Below, in pieces: positions 38,569-47,717 of a stretch of 64,000 nucleotides of DNA. The notes beneath the pieces were generated by a model, which was not told the DNA's origin, did no database searches, and worked only from the letters and a program-made list of their open reading frames with translations. The stretch spans positions 64,001 to 128,000 of the forward strand of contig JBDHHQ010000006.1 in NCBI GenBank assembly GCA_039589315.1, read 5' to 3'. How positions within the stretch are numbered: position 1 is the stretch's first letter; each line of letters starts with the position of its first letter. The DNA is from Gemmatimonadota bacterium. GTDB lineage: Bacteria; Gemmatimonadota; Gemmatimonadetes; Longimicrobiales; Gaopeijiaceae. A program made the translations under genes and the position numbers.

Positions 38569-38985
38569 ATGAAACGACAACGACTACGGGTCCTACGACT
38601 CCCGGTCCTCGGGGCGTTGGCCCTCGCCGTGGGTGCCTGCCATCACGTGATCATCGACGGCGGCCTCGAGCCGTCGGAAATCCGGTACGACGAGGAGTGG
38701 AATCTGGCATTCGCGGGGGCCATCTACCCGGCCAACGTGGACGCCAGTGACCGCTGCGGCGGCTACTACTCCAGGGTGGAGACGCGGCAGAGCTTCCTGA
38801 ACCTCGTCGTGGCGGCCTGGACGGTCGGATGGATCAACCCCATGCAGGCCCGGCTTGACTGTGGCGCACCCACCGGCGGCAACGCTGCAGACGGGGACGC
38901 TCCAGACGAGGACGCGGCGGGAGGGGAAGGCAGGGCGGCAGGAGTGGCCGACATGGTCGGGAAGGAGGCGAACGGTGCGCGCTGA
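38569..38985 (+). CDS. Bor/Iss-like lipoprotein (copy 1)
   Basis: Lipobox VGAC; C..VETRQSFLN.VV..WT.G...P...C pattern. Confidence 0.7.
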   Translation: MKRQRLRVLRLPVLGALALAVGACHHVIIDGGLEPSEIRYDEEWNLAFAGAIYPANVDASDRCGGYYSRVETRQSFLNLVVAAWTVGWINPMQARLDCGAPTGGNAADGDAPDEDAAGGEGRAAGVADMVGKEANGAR

Positions 38986-39322
38986 CAGAGGGCTCGGAGC
39001 GATCATATTGGCCCTGGCCATGGGTCCCTTGACCACGGGCTGCTTTCACTCGGTTATCGACACGGGCCTCCAGCCCGGACCTGTGGGCTACGCGGAGGAA
39101 TGGGAGACGGCGTGGCTCATCGGGGCGGTCCCCGCTCGGGTGAACGCCACCGAAGCGTGTCAGGGGCCCTGGGCACGGGTGGAGACCCAGCAGTCCTTCC
39201 TGAACGGCATCGTCACGGTCCTGACCGTGGGGATCTACGCTCCCCACCAGGTCGAGGTCACGTGCGCCCGGACCGACGCCGGAGCCTCCTCGCAGGAGGA
39301 GAGCGGGTCCGCAAGCCGCTGA
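38975..39322 (+). CDS. Bor/Iss-like lipoprotein (copy 2)
   Basis: Lipobox TTGC; C.....RVETQQSFLNGIV..LT.GIY.P..V.VTC. Confidence 0.75.
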   Translation: MRADRGLGAIILALAMGPLTTGCFHSVIDTGLQPGPVGYAEEWETAWLIGAVPARVNATEACQGPWARVETQQSFLNGIVTVLTVGIYAPHQVEVTCARTDAGASSQEESGSASR

Positions 39323-39402
39323 GGGGGACAGCACGGCTGGAGGTCTCGGATTAATTCAACTATATTCCCATGTGAGAATGTGGCTCTCCCTGGGGGTTCT
39401 AC

Positions 39403-39735
39403 GTGGGAAGCAAAGCACTGACACCGCAGCTCCTGGGTCTCGTGGCCGAGCGCTTCCGGGTCCTCTCCGAACCTGCCCGCCTTCAGCTCATGAACGTCCT
39501 GCGGGACGGCGAGCGGACGGTTTCGGAGTTGGTGGAGGCCACGTCCCTCGGTCAGGCCAACGCGTCCAAGCACCTCCAACTCCTCAAGGCCCACGGCTTC
39601 GTGGACCGGCGGAAGGAGGGCCTGTTCGTGTACTACCGTATCGCCGACCCTGAGGTGTTTCGCCTCTGTGATCTCATGTGCGATCACCTGGAGCGGCACT
39701 CGCAGGCGCGGCAGGAGCTGTTCACCACACCCTGA
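39403..39735 (+). CDS. ArsR/SmtB family transcriptional regulator (possible persulfide sensor)
   Basis: FRVLSEPARLQL, VSELVE...Q.N.SKHL, RRKEG..VYY; C-terminal CDLMC. Confidence 0.9.
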   Translation: MGSKALTPQLLGLVAERFRVLSEPARLQLMNVLRDGERTVSELVEATSLGQANASKHLQLLKAHGFVDRRKEGLFVYYRIADPEVFRLCDLMCDHLERHSQARQELFTTP

Positions 39736-39782
39736 CGGCGCGGCCACCTGTGGCCTTGCCCGCTCGTGAGGGCACGACAGCC

Positions 39783-39818
39783 GACGGCCCGGCTCACCGC
39801 GCTGTGAGCCGGGCCGTC
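39783..39818. terminator. Perfect 15-bp hairpin between convergent arsR and sqr
   Basis: GACGGCCCGGCTCAC-CGCGCT-GTGAGCCGGGCCGTC. Confidence 0.6.
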
Positions 39819-39922
39819 CCGTCCCCTGCACCAGCGCTCGAGGGTCGGACCGACGCGCCGGCCTCGGATCCGAGCCCTCGAGTCTGGGACCTTCGCCGCT
39901 TGGCCCGTTCCTCCGGTACGAC

Positions 39923-41194
39923 CTAGGCCCTCCCTTTGAGCATGAGGTTCCAGTACAGCCATGGCAGCCCGTACCGCTTGAGCAGATACATGCTGTACCG
40001 CTCCTTGCCCGTGTTGATCAAGGGGATGGAGGGCGTGGGGGTGTTGTTGTAGTCGAACTCGGCCAGCAGCATGCGGTTGTGAGCCGTGATCAAGGGACAG
40101 GACCCATAGCCGTCGTAGGCCGGCTGGGGCTCCCGCCCAGCAATGACGGCGAGAAGGCCGTCCACGACCACCGGCGCCTGCTTCCTGACCGCGGCGCCCG
40201 TCTTGGCGTTGGGCGTGTTGCCGGCGTCACCCAGCGCGAAGACCTCGGGGTAGCGCGTGTGCTGCAGCGTGTGCTTGTCGACGTCGACGAAGCCATACGG
40301 CCCCTCCTCGGCGAGGGCGCTATTCTTGATGAAGTCCGGGGCGCTCTGCGGGGGCGTGACGTGCATGACGTCGTACGGCATCGTTTCGTACGAGACTTCC
40401 TCGCTGTCCTCCTGCGTGACCCTGAACACCGCCTCTCGCTTGTCCGGGCGGATCTCGCAGAGGTCGTGCCGGTGTTGCGCCTCGATCCCGTACCGCTCGA
40501 CGACGCCCAGCAAGAAGGTCTTGAACGGCTCGACGCCGAAGATCACCTTGCCGGCGTTGCCGAAGACGATGTGGGCCTGGTCGAGCATGCCCCTCCGTTT
40601 GAAGAGGTCAGCCGCGAGGTACATGATCTTCTGGGGCGCGCCCCCACATTTGAGGGGGGTGCCGGGACTCGTGAATATGGCGTTGCCACCCTTGAACTCG
40701 TCCAGCATGCGGAACGTCTTCGGCGCCAGCTTCGGGTCGTAGTTGCTCGAGACGAAGTCGGTCCGAAGCGCCTCTCGCAGGCCGGGAATCTCGTCCCAGT
40801 CGAGTTGGATCCCGGGAGCCACGACCAGGAAGTCGTAGCCGATCCGCTGCCCCTCTTCGGTGGTCACGGTCTTGGCCTCAGGATCGATCTCGGCGGCTCT
40901 GGCCTTGATCCAGTGGGCGTCCTTCGGCATTACCCTGGCCTCCAGGCGCACCGTCTCCCGGATGTCGACGATCCCGCCTCCCACCAGTGTCCAGAGGGGC
41001 TGGTACCAGTGCTGCTCGGACGGCTCGAGAATGGCGATGTCGGTCACACCGGCGCGCCCCAGTCGAGCGGCCACGGTGATCCCGGCGGTGCCTCCGCCGA
41101 TGATGACAACGCGATGATGAGCTCCCGACCCGGGCCTGGATGCCGGGCGTTGTGCCGCGGGGGCAGTCGTGGGCGACATCATGTCAGCCTCCAT
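39923..41194 (-). CDS. sqr: Sulfide:quinone oxidoreductase, type II-like
   Basis: GGGTAG, HWYQPLWTLVGGG, KCGGAPQK and YGSCPL active-site Cys, KTGAAVRKQ, LAEFDY. Confidence 0.9.
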   Translation of the reverse strand: MEADMMSPTTAPAAQRPASRPGSGAHHRVVIIGGGTAGITVAARLGRAGVTDIAILEPSEQHWYQPLWTLVGGGIVDIRETVRLEARVMPKDAHWIKARAAEIDPEAKTVTTEEGQRIGYDFLVVAPGIQLDWDEIPGLREALRTDFVSSNYDPKLAPKTFRMLDEFKGGNAIFTSPGTPLKCGGAPQKIMYLAADLFKRRGMLDQAHIVFGNAGKVIFGVEPFKTFLLGVVERYGIEAQHRHDLCEIRPDKREAVFRVTQEDSEEVSYETMPYDVMHVTPPQSAPDFIKNSALAEEGPYGFVDVDKHTLQHTRYPEVFALGDAGNTPNAKTGAAVRKQAPVVVDGLLAVIAGREPQPAYDGYGSCPLITAHNRMLLAEFDYNNTPTPSIPLINTGKERYSMYLLKRYGLPWLYWNLMLKGRA

Positions 41195-41209
41195 GCGGAC
41201 GGTCAGAGA

Positions 41210-41258
41210 TAATCAACTTTGTAGTAATGTAGTTATGTAGTGCGGCCTCACAAGAAGG
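41210..41258 (-). promoter_or_regulatory. Putative sqr promoter/operator block
   Basis: TTGTGA-16-TACATT on the minus strand; 35/49 identical to the 41310-41358 block. Confidence 0.6.
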
Positions 41259-41309
41259 GCTTATCCCCAGGTGCGCGTAGGGGACCTCACCACAACGTGT
41301 AGTCGGAAT

Positions 41310-41358
41310 CCTTCTTGACAGGGCCCACCGTATGACTACATTCGCATTCAGTTGATTA
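41310..41358 (+). promoter_or_regulatory. Putative sigma70 promoter/operator of the yeeE-yeeE-PDO operon
   Basis: TTGACA (41315-41320)-16-TACATT (41337-41342); GGAGG RBS downstream. Confidence 0.7.
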
Positions 41359-41377
41359 ATCAGCTGGAGGAGCCTCA

Positions 41378-41938
41378 ATGATCGACTTCATATCACAACC
41401 GTGGCCATGGTACGTCGCCGGGGTCCTGATCGGGCTGGTGGTGCCATTGCTGCTGTTGGCCGGCGGCGAGTTCGGGATCTCGTCGAACCTCCGGCACATC
41501 TGCGCGGCGGCGCTCCCCACGAAGGCGCCGTTCTTTCAGTACGACTGGAAATCCAAGGGCCTGTGGAACCTGACCTTCGCCCTCGGAATCATCATCGGTG
41601 GCTTCGTCGCGGGCACCTTCCTCGCCTCGCCGGATCCCGTGATCGGGATCAGCGAGGCTACGGTGGCTGACCTGCGGGCCATCGGCGTGGCACAGTCCGA
41701 GGGGCTGGCCCCCGCTGCGATCTTCAGCTGGCAGGGGCTCTTCACCCTCCCCGGCTTCATCATGATCGTGGTTGGCGGCTTTCTGGTGGGCTTCGGGACA
41801 CGCTATGCCGGGGGGTGCACCTCCGGACACGCGATCTCGGGTCTGGCCAACCTGCAGCTTCCGTCCCTCATCGCGGTGATCGGGTTCTTCGCCGGCGGCT
41901 TGCTGGCGACGCACTTGATCCTGCCCTTGCTCTTCTGA
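41378..41938 (+). CDS. YeeE/YedE family sulfur transporter subunit
   Basis: PWPWY, FGISS.LRHICA, GFGTRYAGGCTSGH. Confidence 0.9.
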   Translation: MIDFISQPWPWYVAGVLIGLVVPLLLLAGGEFGISSNLRHICAAALPTKAPFFQYDWKSKGLWNLTFALGIIIGGFVAGTFLASPDPVIGISEATVADLRAIGVAQSEGLAPAAIFSWQGLFTLPGFIMIVVGGFLVGFGTRYAGGCTSGHAISGLANLQLPSLIAVIGFFAGGLLATHLILPLLF

Positions 41939-41950
41939 AGGGGGACGAAC

Positions 41951-42439
41951 ATGAGCACGCAGACAACGACACGGACGAGCGGGCAAGCGCCCTCGTCGGA
42001 GCAGCGCTCGCTCAGCGGCGCGGGATTGCTGGTGTACCTGTTGATCGGAATCTACTTCGGTATCGTGCTGACGAAATCCGAAGTCGTCTCGTGGTACCGC
42101 ATCCAGGAGATGTTCCGGTTCCAGGACTTTCACATGTACGGGATCATCGGCGTGGCCGTGTTCGTGGCCATGATCTCGGTGGCGGTCATCAAGGCGCGAC
42201 ACGTGCGCACGGTGAAGGGCCAGGAGATCGTGCTCGTGCCGAAACAGCTCGACAAGGGTGCCTACCGCTACTGGATCGGTGGCACCATCTTCGGGTTGGG
42301 ATGGGCCCTGGCCGGGGCGTGCCCGGGGCCTATCTTCGCGCTGGTCGGTAACGGGCTGACGGTCATGGCGGTGACCATCGCCAGCGCCGTGGCGGGGACC
42401 TGGCTCTACGGTGTTCTGAAACCCAGGCTTCCGCACTGA
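41951..42439 (+). CDS. YeeE/YedE family sulfur transporter subunit
   Basis: SWYRIQEMFRF..FHMYG, FGLGWALAGACPGP. Confidence 0.9.
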   Translation: MSTQTTTRTSGQAPSSEQRSLSGAGLLVYLLIGIYFGIVLTKSEVVSWYRIQEMFRFQDFHMYGIIGVAVFVAMISVAVIKARHVRTVKGQEIVLVPKQLDKGAYRYWIGGTIFGLGWALAGACPGPIFALVGNGLTVMAVTIASAVAGTWLYGVLKPRLPH

Positions 42440-42513
42440 TCGCCAACTGCTGGAACGAACAAGAACAACCGACTTCGGCGGCTCGCAGGTCGCCCGACCC
42501 TGGAGGCGAGACA

Positions 42514-43959
42514 ATGCTCTTCCGACAGATCGAGGACAACAAGCTGGCTCAGTACGCCTACCTGATCGGATGCCAGAAGACCAACGAGGCCCTGATCATC
42601 GATCCCGAGCGGGACATCGATCGCTACGTGGACATGGCGACGGCCTCGGGCCTGAAGATCGTGGCCGTGGCAGAGACCCACATCCACGCGGACTTCCTGT
42701 CGGGTGCCCGAGAGCTCGCCGAGCAGCACGGCGCACGCCTCTATCTGTCGAAGGAGGGCGGCCCGGACTGGCAGTCGTTCTGGGCCCAGGACAGCGACTA
42801 CGACGTCCACTTCCTGGCCGACGGCGACACCTTCAAGGTCGGCAACATCGCGGTGAAGGCGTTACACACGCCGGGGCACACGCCCGAGCACGTGAGCTTC
42901 CTGATCACGGACCTGGGGGGTGGGGCCGACGCACCCATGGGGATGGCCACGGGCGACTTCGTTTTCGTGGGCGATCTGGGCCGTCCGGACCTGCTCGAGT
43001 CGGCCGCCGGCATCGCCGGCATGATGGAGCCGTCAGCACGAACGCTGTACGCTTCTGCCCAGGACTTTCTGGAGCTTCCGGACTACCTGCAGGTGTGGCC
43101 GGCGCACGGCGCGGGGAGCGCCTGCGGCAAGGCGCTCGGCGCCGTGCCCGAGACCACGGTCGGCTACGAGCGTCGGTTCAGCCCGGCGCTGGCCGCCGCA
43201 CAGCAGAGTGAGGACGAGTTCGTTCGGTTCATCCTGGAGGGGCAGCCCGAGCCGCCGGTCTACTTCGCGCGCATGAAGGCGCTGAACCGGGACGGCGTTC
43301 CTCTTCTGGGGGGCGTACCTGCCCCGGAGAAGCTGGCGGTCGAGCACCTGGGCGACCTGGCGGGTCGAGACGACGTCGTGGTGGTCGACACCCGGGCGGA
43401 GCGGGACGCATTCTACGCCGGTCATCTGCCGGGCTCCATCCACTCGCCGCTCAACAAGAGCTTCCACACCTTCGTGGGCTCGTACTTCGATTCGGAGATC
43501 CCCGTCTATCTGATCGCCGATGAGGATCAGCTCGACGATGTGGTGCGGAACCTGATTCGCATCGGTATCGACGACATCAAGGGCTATTTCACGCCCGACG
43601 CTCTGGAGCGGTATGAAGCTGCCGGAGGTGAGCTCGGCCGCACGGAGGCCATCGATTTCGAGGAGATGGAGCGGCGGCGCTCGCTCGGCGGCGTCCACGT
43701 CCTGGATGTTCGCAGGGGCAGCGAGTACGCCCAGGAGGGTCATGTGCCGGGGGCGCTGAACATCGCCCACACCCGGCTGCTACCCCGCCTCGACGAGGTC
43801 CCCGGAGACGGCACGCTGCTGGTCCACTGCCAGTCCGGCAATCGAGCCTCGGCGGCCGCCTCGTTCCTTGCGCGGAACGGCTTCGACGTCGTGGCCGTCG
43901 ACGACGATTTCACCAACTGGGCCGGCGCGGGCTCTCAGCAGGAGGAGGCCGGCGTCTAG
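42514..43959 (+). CDS. Persulfide dioxygenase-rhodanese fusion (CstB-like MBL-fold protein)
   Basis: THIHADF.SG, HTPGHTPEH, GDLGRPDL, PAHGAGSACGK; two rhodanese domains, the last with HCQSGNR. Confidence 0.85.
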   Translation: MLFRQIEDNKLAQYAYLIGCQKTNEALIIDPERDIDRYVDMATASGLKIVAVAETHIHADFLSGARELAEQHGARLYLSKEGGPDWQSFWAQDSDYDVHFLADGDTFKVGNIAVKALHTPGHTPEHVSFLITDLGGGADAPMGMATGDFVFVGDLGRPDLLESAAGIAGMMEPSARTLYASAQDFLELPDYLQVWPAHGAGSACGKALGAVPETTVGYERRFSPALAAAQQSEDEFVRFILEGQPEPPVYFARMKALNRDGVPLLGGVPAPEKLAVEHLGDLAGRDDVVVVDTRAERDAFYAGHLPGSIHSPLNKSFHTFVGSYFDSEIPVYLIADEDQLDDVVRNLIRIGIDDIKGYFTPDALERYEAAGGELGRTEAIDFEEMERRRSLGGVHVLDVRRGSEYAQEGHVPGALNIAHTRLLPRLDEVPGDGTLLVHCQSGNRASAAASFLARNGFDVVAVDDDFTNWAGAGSQQEEAGV

Positions 43960-44006
43960 ACGTCCGGCCTCGACCCACGCATTCGGCCGTTCCCCCACCG
44001 CGGCCG

Positions 44007-44040
44007 GCGCCGGCGGGGCTGCGCCCCGCCGGCGCGTTTT
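44007..44040 (+). terminator. Rho-independent terminator
   Basis: GCGCCGGCGGGGC-TGC-GCCCCGCCGGCGC followed by GTTTT. Confidence 0.75.
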
Positions 44041-44070
44041 GTATCGCACGGCGGCAGCCCATATTCCTCC

Positions 44071-44841
44071 ATGACGACCGATGATCGACGAAAGGGTATC
44101 ATGGCCAACGAAGGGTCCGGTCCTGCGCGTTCTCTGGTGAAGCTGATGAAGGCTCCGGACAGGCAGCCCTGGATCTACCACCTGGTTCTGGCAGGGCTGT
44201 TCGTCAGCTTCATGCTGCAGCCCGTTGCCGACGACCTTCCCCTTGGTGGCGTGATCGTGCGGGGCACGTACCTGGCGATCGTCCTCGGGGCCATCGTGGC
44301 AGCCAGCGATCGGCCGGCGCTGTTGATTCCCGCATTGGTGCTGGCGCTGCCTTCGGTGTTGCTCCGGAGCGCGTTCGCAGGTGGCTATTCGATCGTGATG
44401 GCGGACGTCGCGATGATCGGCCTGATGCTCGTCGTGATCGGGATCTTCCTCGTGCGCATCCTCTCGCACAGGGTCGTGACGATGGCCACCATCAGCGGGG
44501 CCCTCTCGGTCTACCTGCTCATCGGGGTCACCTGGACGATCCTCTACGTGGTCCTGGAGACCGTCCAGCCCTGCTCGTTCAACGGGATCGAATGTGCGAC
44601 GGGCATGCTGCCGGGGGCGGAGCCCGTTACGGGGGCCCAATCGGCGCTGTTCTACTACAGCTTCGTGACGCTCTCGACGCTGGGCTACGGGGACATCTCC
44701 CCGGCCACCGAGGCGGCGCGCACCGCCGCGAGCCTGGAGGCCGTGGTCGGGCAGCTGTACCTGGTCGTGCTGGTGGCTCGACTCGTGGGGCTCATCAACG
44801 TGGGCGGGATTCGATCCGACCCGGACCAGGAGCCGGATTGA
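44071..44841 (+). CDS. Potassium channel family protein (Ion_trans_2)
   Basis: YYSFVTLSTLGYGDI selectivity filter, GQLYL. Confidence 0.85.
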   Translation: MTTDDRRKGIMANEGSGPARSLVKLMKAPDRQPWIYHLVLAGLFVSFMLQPVADDLPLGGVIVRGTYLAIVLGAIVAASDRPALLIPALVLALPSVLLRSAFAGGYSIVMADVAMIGLMLVVIGIFLVRILSHRVVTMATISGALSVYLLIGVTWTILYVVLETVQPCSFNGIECATGMLPGAEPVTGAQSALFYYSFVTLSTLGYGDISPATEAARTAASLEAVVGQLYLVVLVARLVGLINVGGIRSDPDQEPD

Positions 44842-44946
44842 CGCCGCTGGCCAGGATCGGTACGCCACCATGGACCTCTGCGCCAATCCGGTTTGCTGCG
44901 CTGCCCAAGGCGTTTCCACCGCATGCGGTGGGATGCGGCGGGGTCG

Positions 44947-45516
44947 CTAGCGCCCGGTGAACATCCCGAACTTGAACTGGATGTTCCCCGAGAAGCCGGA
45001 GAGATCCCGGTTCGTCAGCTCGGGTAGGCTGAGGGACTCCACTGCCCGGTAGCTCGCGCCGACCCCGATGCGGAATATCGGCGTGACGTTCAGCATGATG
45101 TTCGCGGCCGGCTCCACCACGAAGAACCCGCTGTAGAACCCCGCGAGAGAGTTCGACGGGAAGTAGGTGGCTCCGCCGCCTCCCAGTAGCACGGCCAGGG
45201 ACACGTGCACGAGCTCGTTGGGACGGTTCACGTACTCGAGGTCCAGCCCGCCGTACCCCATCTCGAGGGCGTCGAAGGCGAGGTGAGCCTGATTGGTGAG
45301 CCCGTACCCGCCGCCACCGAGCACGAGGGACTCGTTGATGATCCAGCCGCCCCGGCCGCCTACGAAGAACCCGAACTGCTCGTTGATCTCGGTGAACTTG
45401 AGGACGGGAGCACCGAAGCCGCCGCTCCGGATCGGCCCGTCCACGAGGGTCTGCTGCTGGGCTTGAACCGCCCCAGGCAGCAGCGCCAGGATCCCGACGA
45501 TGACGATTCGCTTCAT
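44947..45516 (-). CDS. Outer-membrane beta-barrel-like hypothetical protein
   Basis: Signal peptide; alternating Gly/aromatic strands (GGRGGW, GGGGYG, GYGG). Confidence 0.65.
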   Translation of the reverse strand: MKRIVIVGILALLPGAVQAQQQTLVDGPIRSGGFGAPVLKFTEINEQFGFFVGGRGGWIINESLVLGGGGYGLTNQAHLAFDALEMGYGGLDLEYVNRPNELVHVSLAVLLGGGGATYFPSNSLAGFYSGFFVVEPAANIMLNVTPIFRIGVGASYRAVESLSLPELTNRDLSGFSGNIQFKFGMFTGR

Positions 45517-45816
45517 GGCCCCCTCCTCCCGGTCCTGCTCGGCCCATACGACTGTGTCTCGCCCATGGCTCTGTGCACCATCCGTGCCGTCAGTGCCGTC
45601 CCTCGCCGGATCCCGGCCCGGGCGGCCGTCTGACGGCCGGGGAGGCGCTCGATCGGGTCGTTGGGAGGACTCCCCGGCCCGGAGCAGTGGCTCAGTCCGC
45701 TCGGGACGTCCCGTGGATCGTCCTCCCTGGAGGACAGCGGTGTACGACCTGGAAGATACCCGGACGCCACCCGGGTCGGGTGACGGCGAGAGCCCCCTTG
45801 AGTCCCCGGGTGACCT

Positions 45817-46965
45817 CTAGACGGTCCCCGTCCTGGCCACGGAAACGTCTGCGGCCGCTGCCGCCCGGTGAGCCGCAGGAATCTGCACGGTGAGCGTCGT
45901 ACCGAGCCCCGGCCGGCTGCGCACCTGGACGCGGCCCCCCAGGTACCCGGCTCGCTCGCGCATGCCCACGAGACCGAAGCTGTGGCCGGTGGACGCCGAC
46001 ACGGTGGTGGGGTCGAAACCCTTGCCGTCGTCGCTGATCTCCGCCACCACGCTGTCGCCGGTCGCCCGGATCGACACATCGATGTGGGAGGCGTCGGCGT
46101 GGCGCACCGCGTTGTTGAGGGCCTCCTGGACAATGCGGTAGAGGGTGAGCTGGGCGTCGGTGGTGAGCCGCGAGTTCACCGCTTCGGTCCGGCAGTCGAT
46201 GGGGAGGCCGCTGACCTCCGAGAGCAGCCGGGCGTGGGCGCTTACCGCAGCCGCCAGGCCGAGCTCGTCCAGCTCCGGCGGGCGGAGACGTCGGGCGACC
46301 TTACGGACGCCCTCCATGGCAACGACGATCTCGCTCCGGACCGTCTCGAGGGCTCGGCTTCCGGCAGGCTGGGGCAAGCGGGCCGCCGCCCTGAGGTGCA
46401 GCAGGGTCGTGGCCAGGACCTGGGCGGTGTCGTCATAGAGCTCCCGCGACAGCCACATCCGCTCCCGCTCTTCCGCTTCCAGCACCATGATCGCCAGCTC
46501 CCGCTGCCGTCGGCGGCCTTTGGCCAGGCCGTCCAACATGCCGTTGAAGACGGTCGTGAGGCGCCGGAGGTTGTCGTCCGCAAGGGGGGAGAGGGCGCAG
46601 CGGGCGTCGAGCTCACCCTGCTCGACACTTCGCGCCGTGGCCTCGATGGGCGCCAGGGGCGACAGCGCGAGGCGGACCAGAACGGCATTGGCGGTCGCCG
46701 TGATGATCACGGCCAGCAGGACCGAGGCTCCGACCACGCCCAGCATGAGCACGGTGTCGACCCCTTCGGCGGTCCGTAGCGTGAGCCAGGCGGCCAGGAC
46801 GGCCACGAGGCCCACGAAGAGGGAGTTGGCAACGACGATCTTGTGGTATAGCGGGAACCGCAGGAACCGGCGCACCACGCCCAAGTCGGTCAACCGACCG
46901 ATACCCCGGCGTCCTGCGCCGTCCTGCCCGGAACCACCGGGTGCGCTGCCTTCGATTCGCCGCAC
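45817..46965 (-). CDS. HAMP plus HisKA_3/HATPase_c sensor kinase (NarX/UhpB class) with H-box His replaced by Tyr
   Basis: 2 TM helices, HAMP, SRELYDDTAQ, LRPPELDELGL, YRIVQEALNNAVRHA, DDGKGF, GLVGMRER. Confidence 0.85.
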   Translation of the reverse strand: MRRIEGSAPGGSGQDGAGRRGIGRLTDLGVVRRFLRFPLYHKIVVANSLFVGLVAVLAAWLTLRTAEGVDTVLMLGVVGASVLLAVIITATANAVLVRLALSPLAPIEATARSVEQGELDARCALSPLADDNLRRLTTVFNGMLDGLAKGRRRQRELAIMVLEAEERERMWLSRELYDDTAQVLATTLLHLRAAARLPQPAGSRALETVRSEIVVAMEGVRKVARRLRPPELDELGLAAAVSAHARLLSEVSGLPIDCRTEAVNSRLTTDAQLTLYRIVQEALNNAVRHADASHIDVSIRATGDSVVAEISDDGKGFDPTTVSASTGHSFGLVGMRERAGYLGGRVQVRSRPGLGTTLTVQIPAAHRAAAAADVSVARTGTV

Positions 46966-47204
46966 CGTTCGAAAGGCCTACCACCTCCGGCCGACGAACC
47001 ACGTGTCGGGTCCACCTGGCTGGAGCTCGGGAAAGGCGGATCGGGGGATTCCCGACCGTTTCGTCCAAAATGCATTCGAGGACGCGGGGCAGGTGTCGGG
47101 AGATGGACCCGCGGCGCTGTGGGGGATTTCCTGTGTCGATTGGACCGGATGTCTCGGGTTGGCGAGGCGGAGGGACGTCCCGAGACACGACGGGGAGACT
47201 CCGC

Positions 47205-47717
47205 TCAGGGGCTCCTGAGCACCAGGGCGCCTGCCGCCTGGTCGTAGGTGACCAGCGCGACGTGTCGCGGAAGGAGCTCGACGGTCCTGACCAGCGACAG
47301 ACCGTCCCGCGCGGCGGGAGCATCCGGTCCGTCCGGACGGAAGCTCACCTCTATCCGGTGGGACCCGGCGGCCATCGGGATCTCGTGGAACACGTAGATG
47401 GGCCGATCCTGCCTGGCTCCGGCCGCGCTCACCAACGTATCGGTCGCCATCTCTCCGTCCAGGGCTATCTGGAGCCGGTAAGGCGTGCTCCGACCCTCGC
47501 AGATCGTATCCCTCTGCATGTGCACGGGGAGTCGGGCACGCTCCTCATCGGTGATGGGTCGGCACGCAGCATCGGGCTCGCTCCGGTATCGCCAGGCAAT
47601 CCGGACCAGAGCGTCGTCCGGGTCGCCCGGGGTATAGGGCACGCGGGAAAGGGCTGCGATGGCCACCGCCATGACCCCCGAGACGGCGAGGGCGATGAGC
47701 TTGCCGCCGGTGCTCAC
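47205..47717 (-). CDS. Membrane-anchored hypothetical protein with two Cys, coupled to the cytochrome b fusion
   Basis: N-terminal TM helix; CR....E...LP.HM....C; GTGA overlap with the upstream gene. Confidence 0.7.
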   Translation of the reverse strand: MSTGGKLIALAVSGVMAVAIAALSRVPYTPGDPDDALVRIAWRYRSEPDAACRPITDEERARLPVHMQRDTICEGRSTPYRLQIALDGEMATDTLVSAAGARQDRPIYVFHEIPMAAGSHRIEVSFRPDGPDAPAARDGLSLVRTVELLPRHVALVTYDQAAGALVLRSP

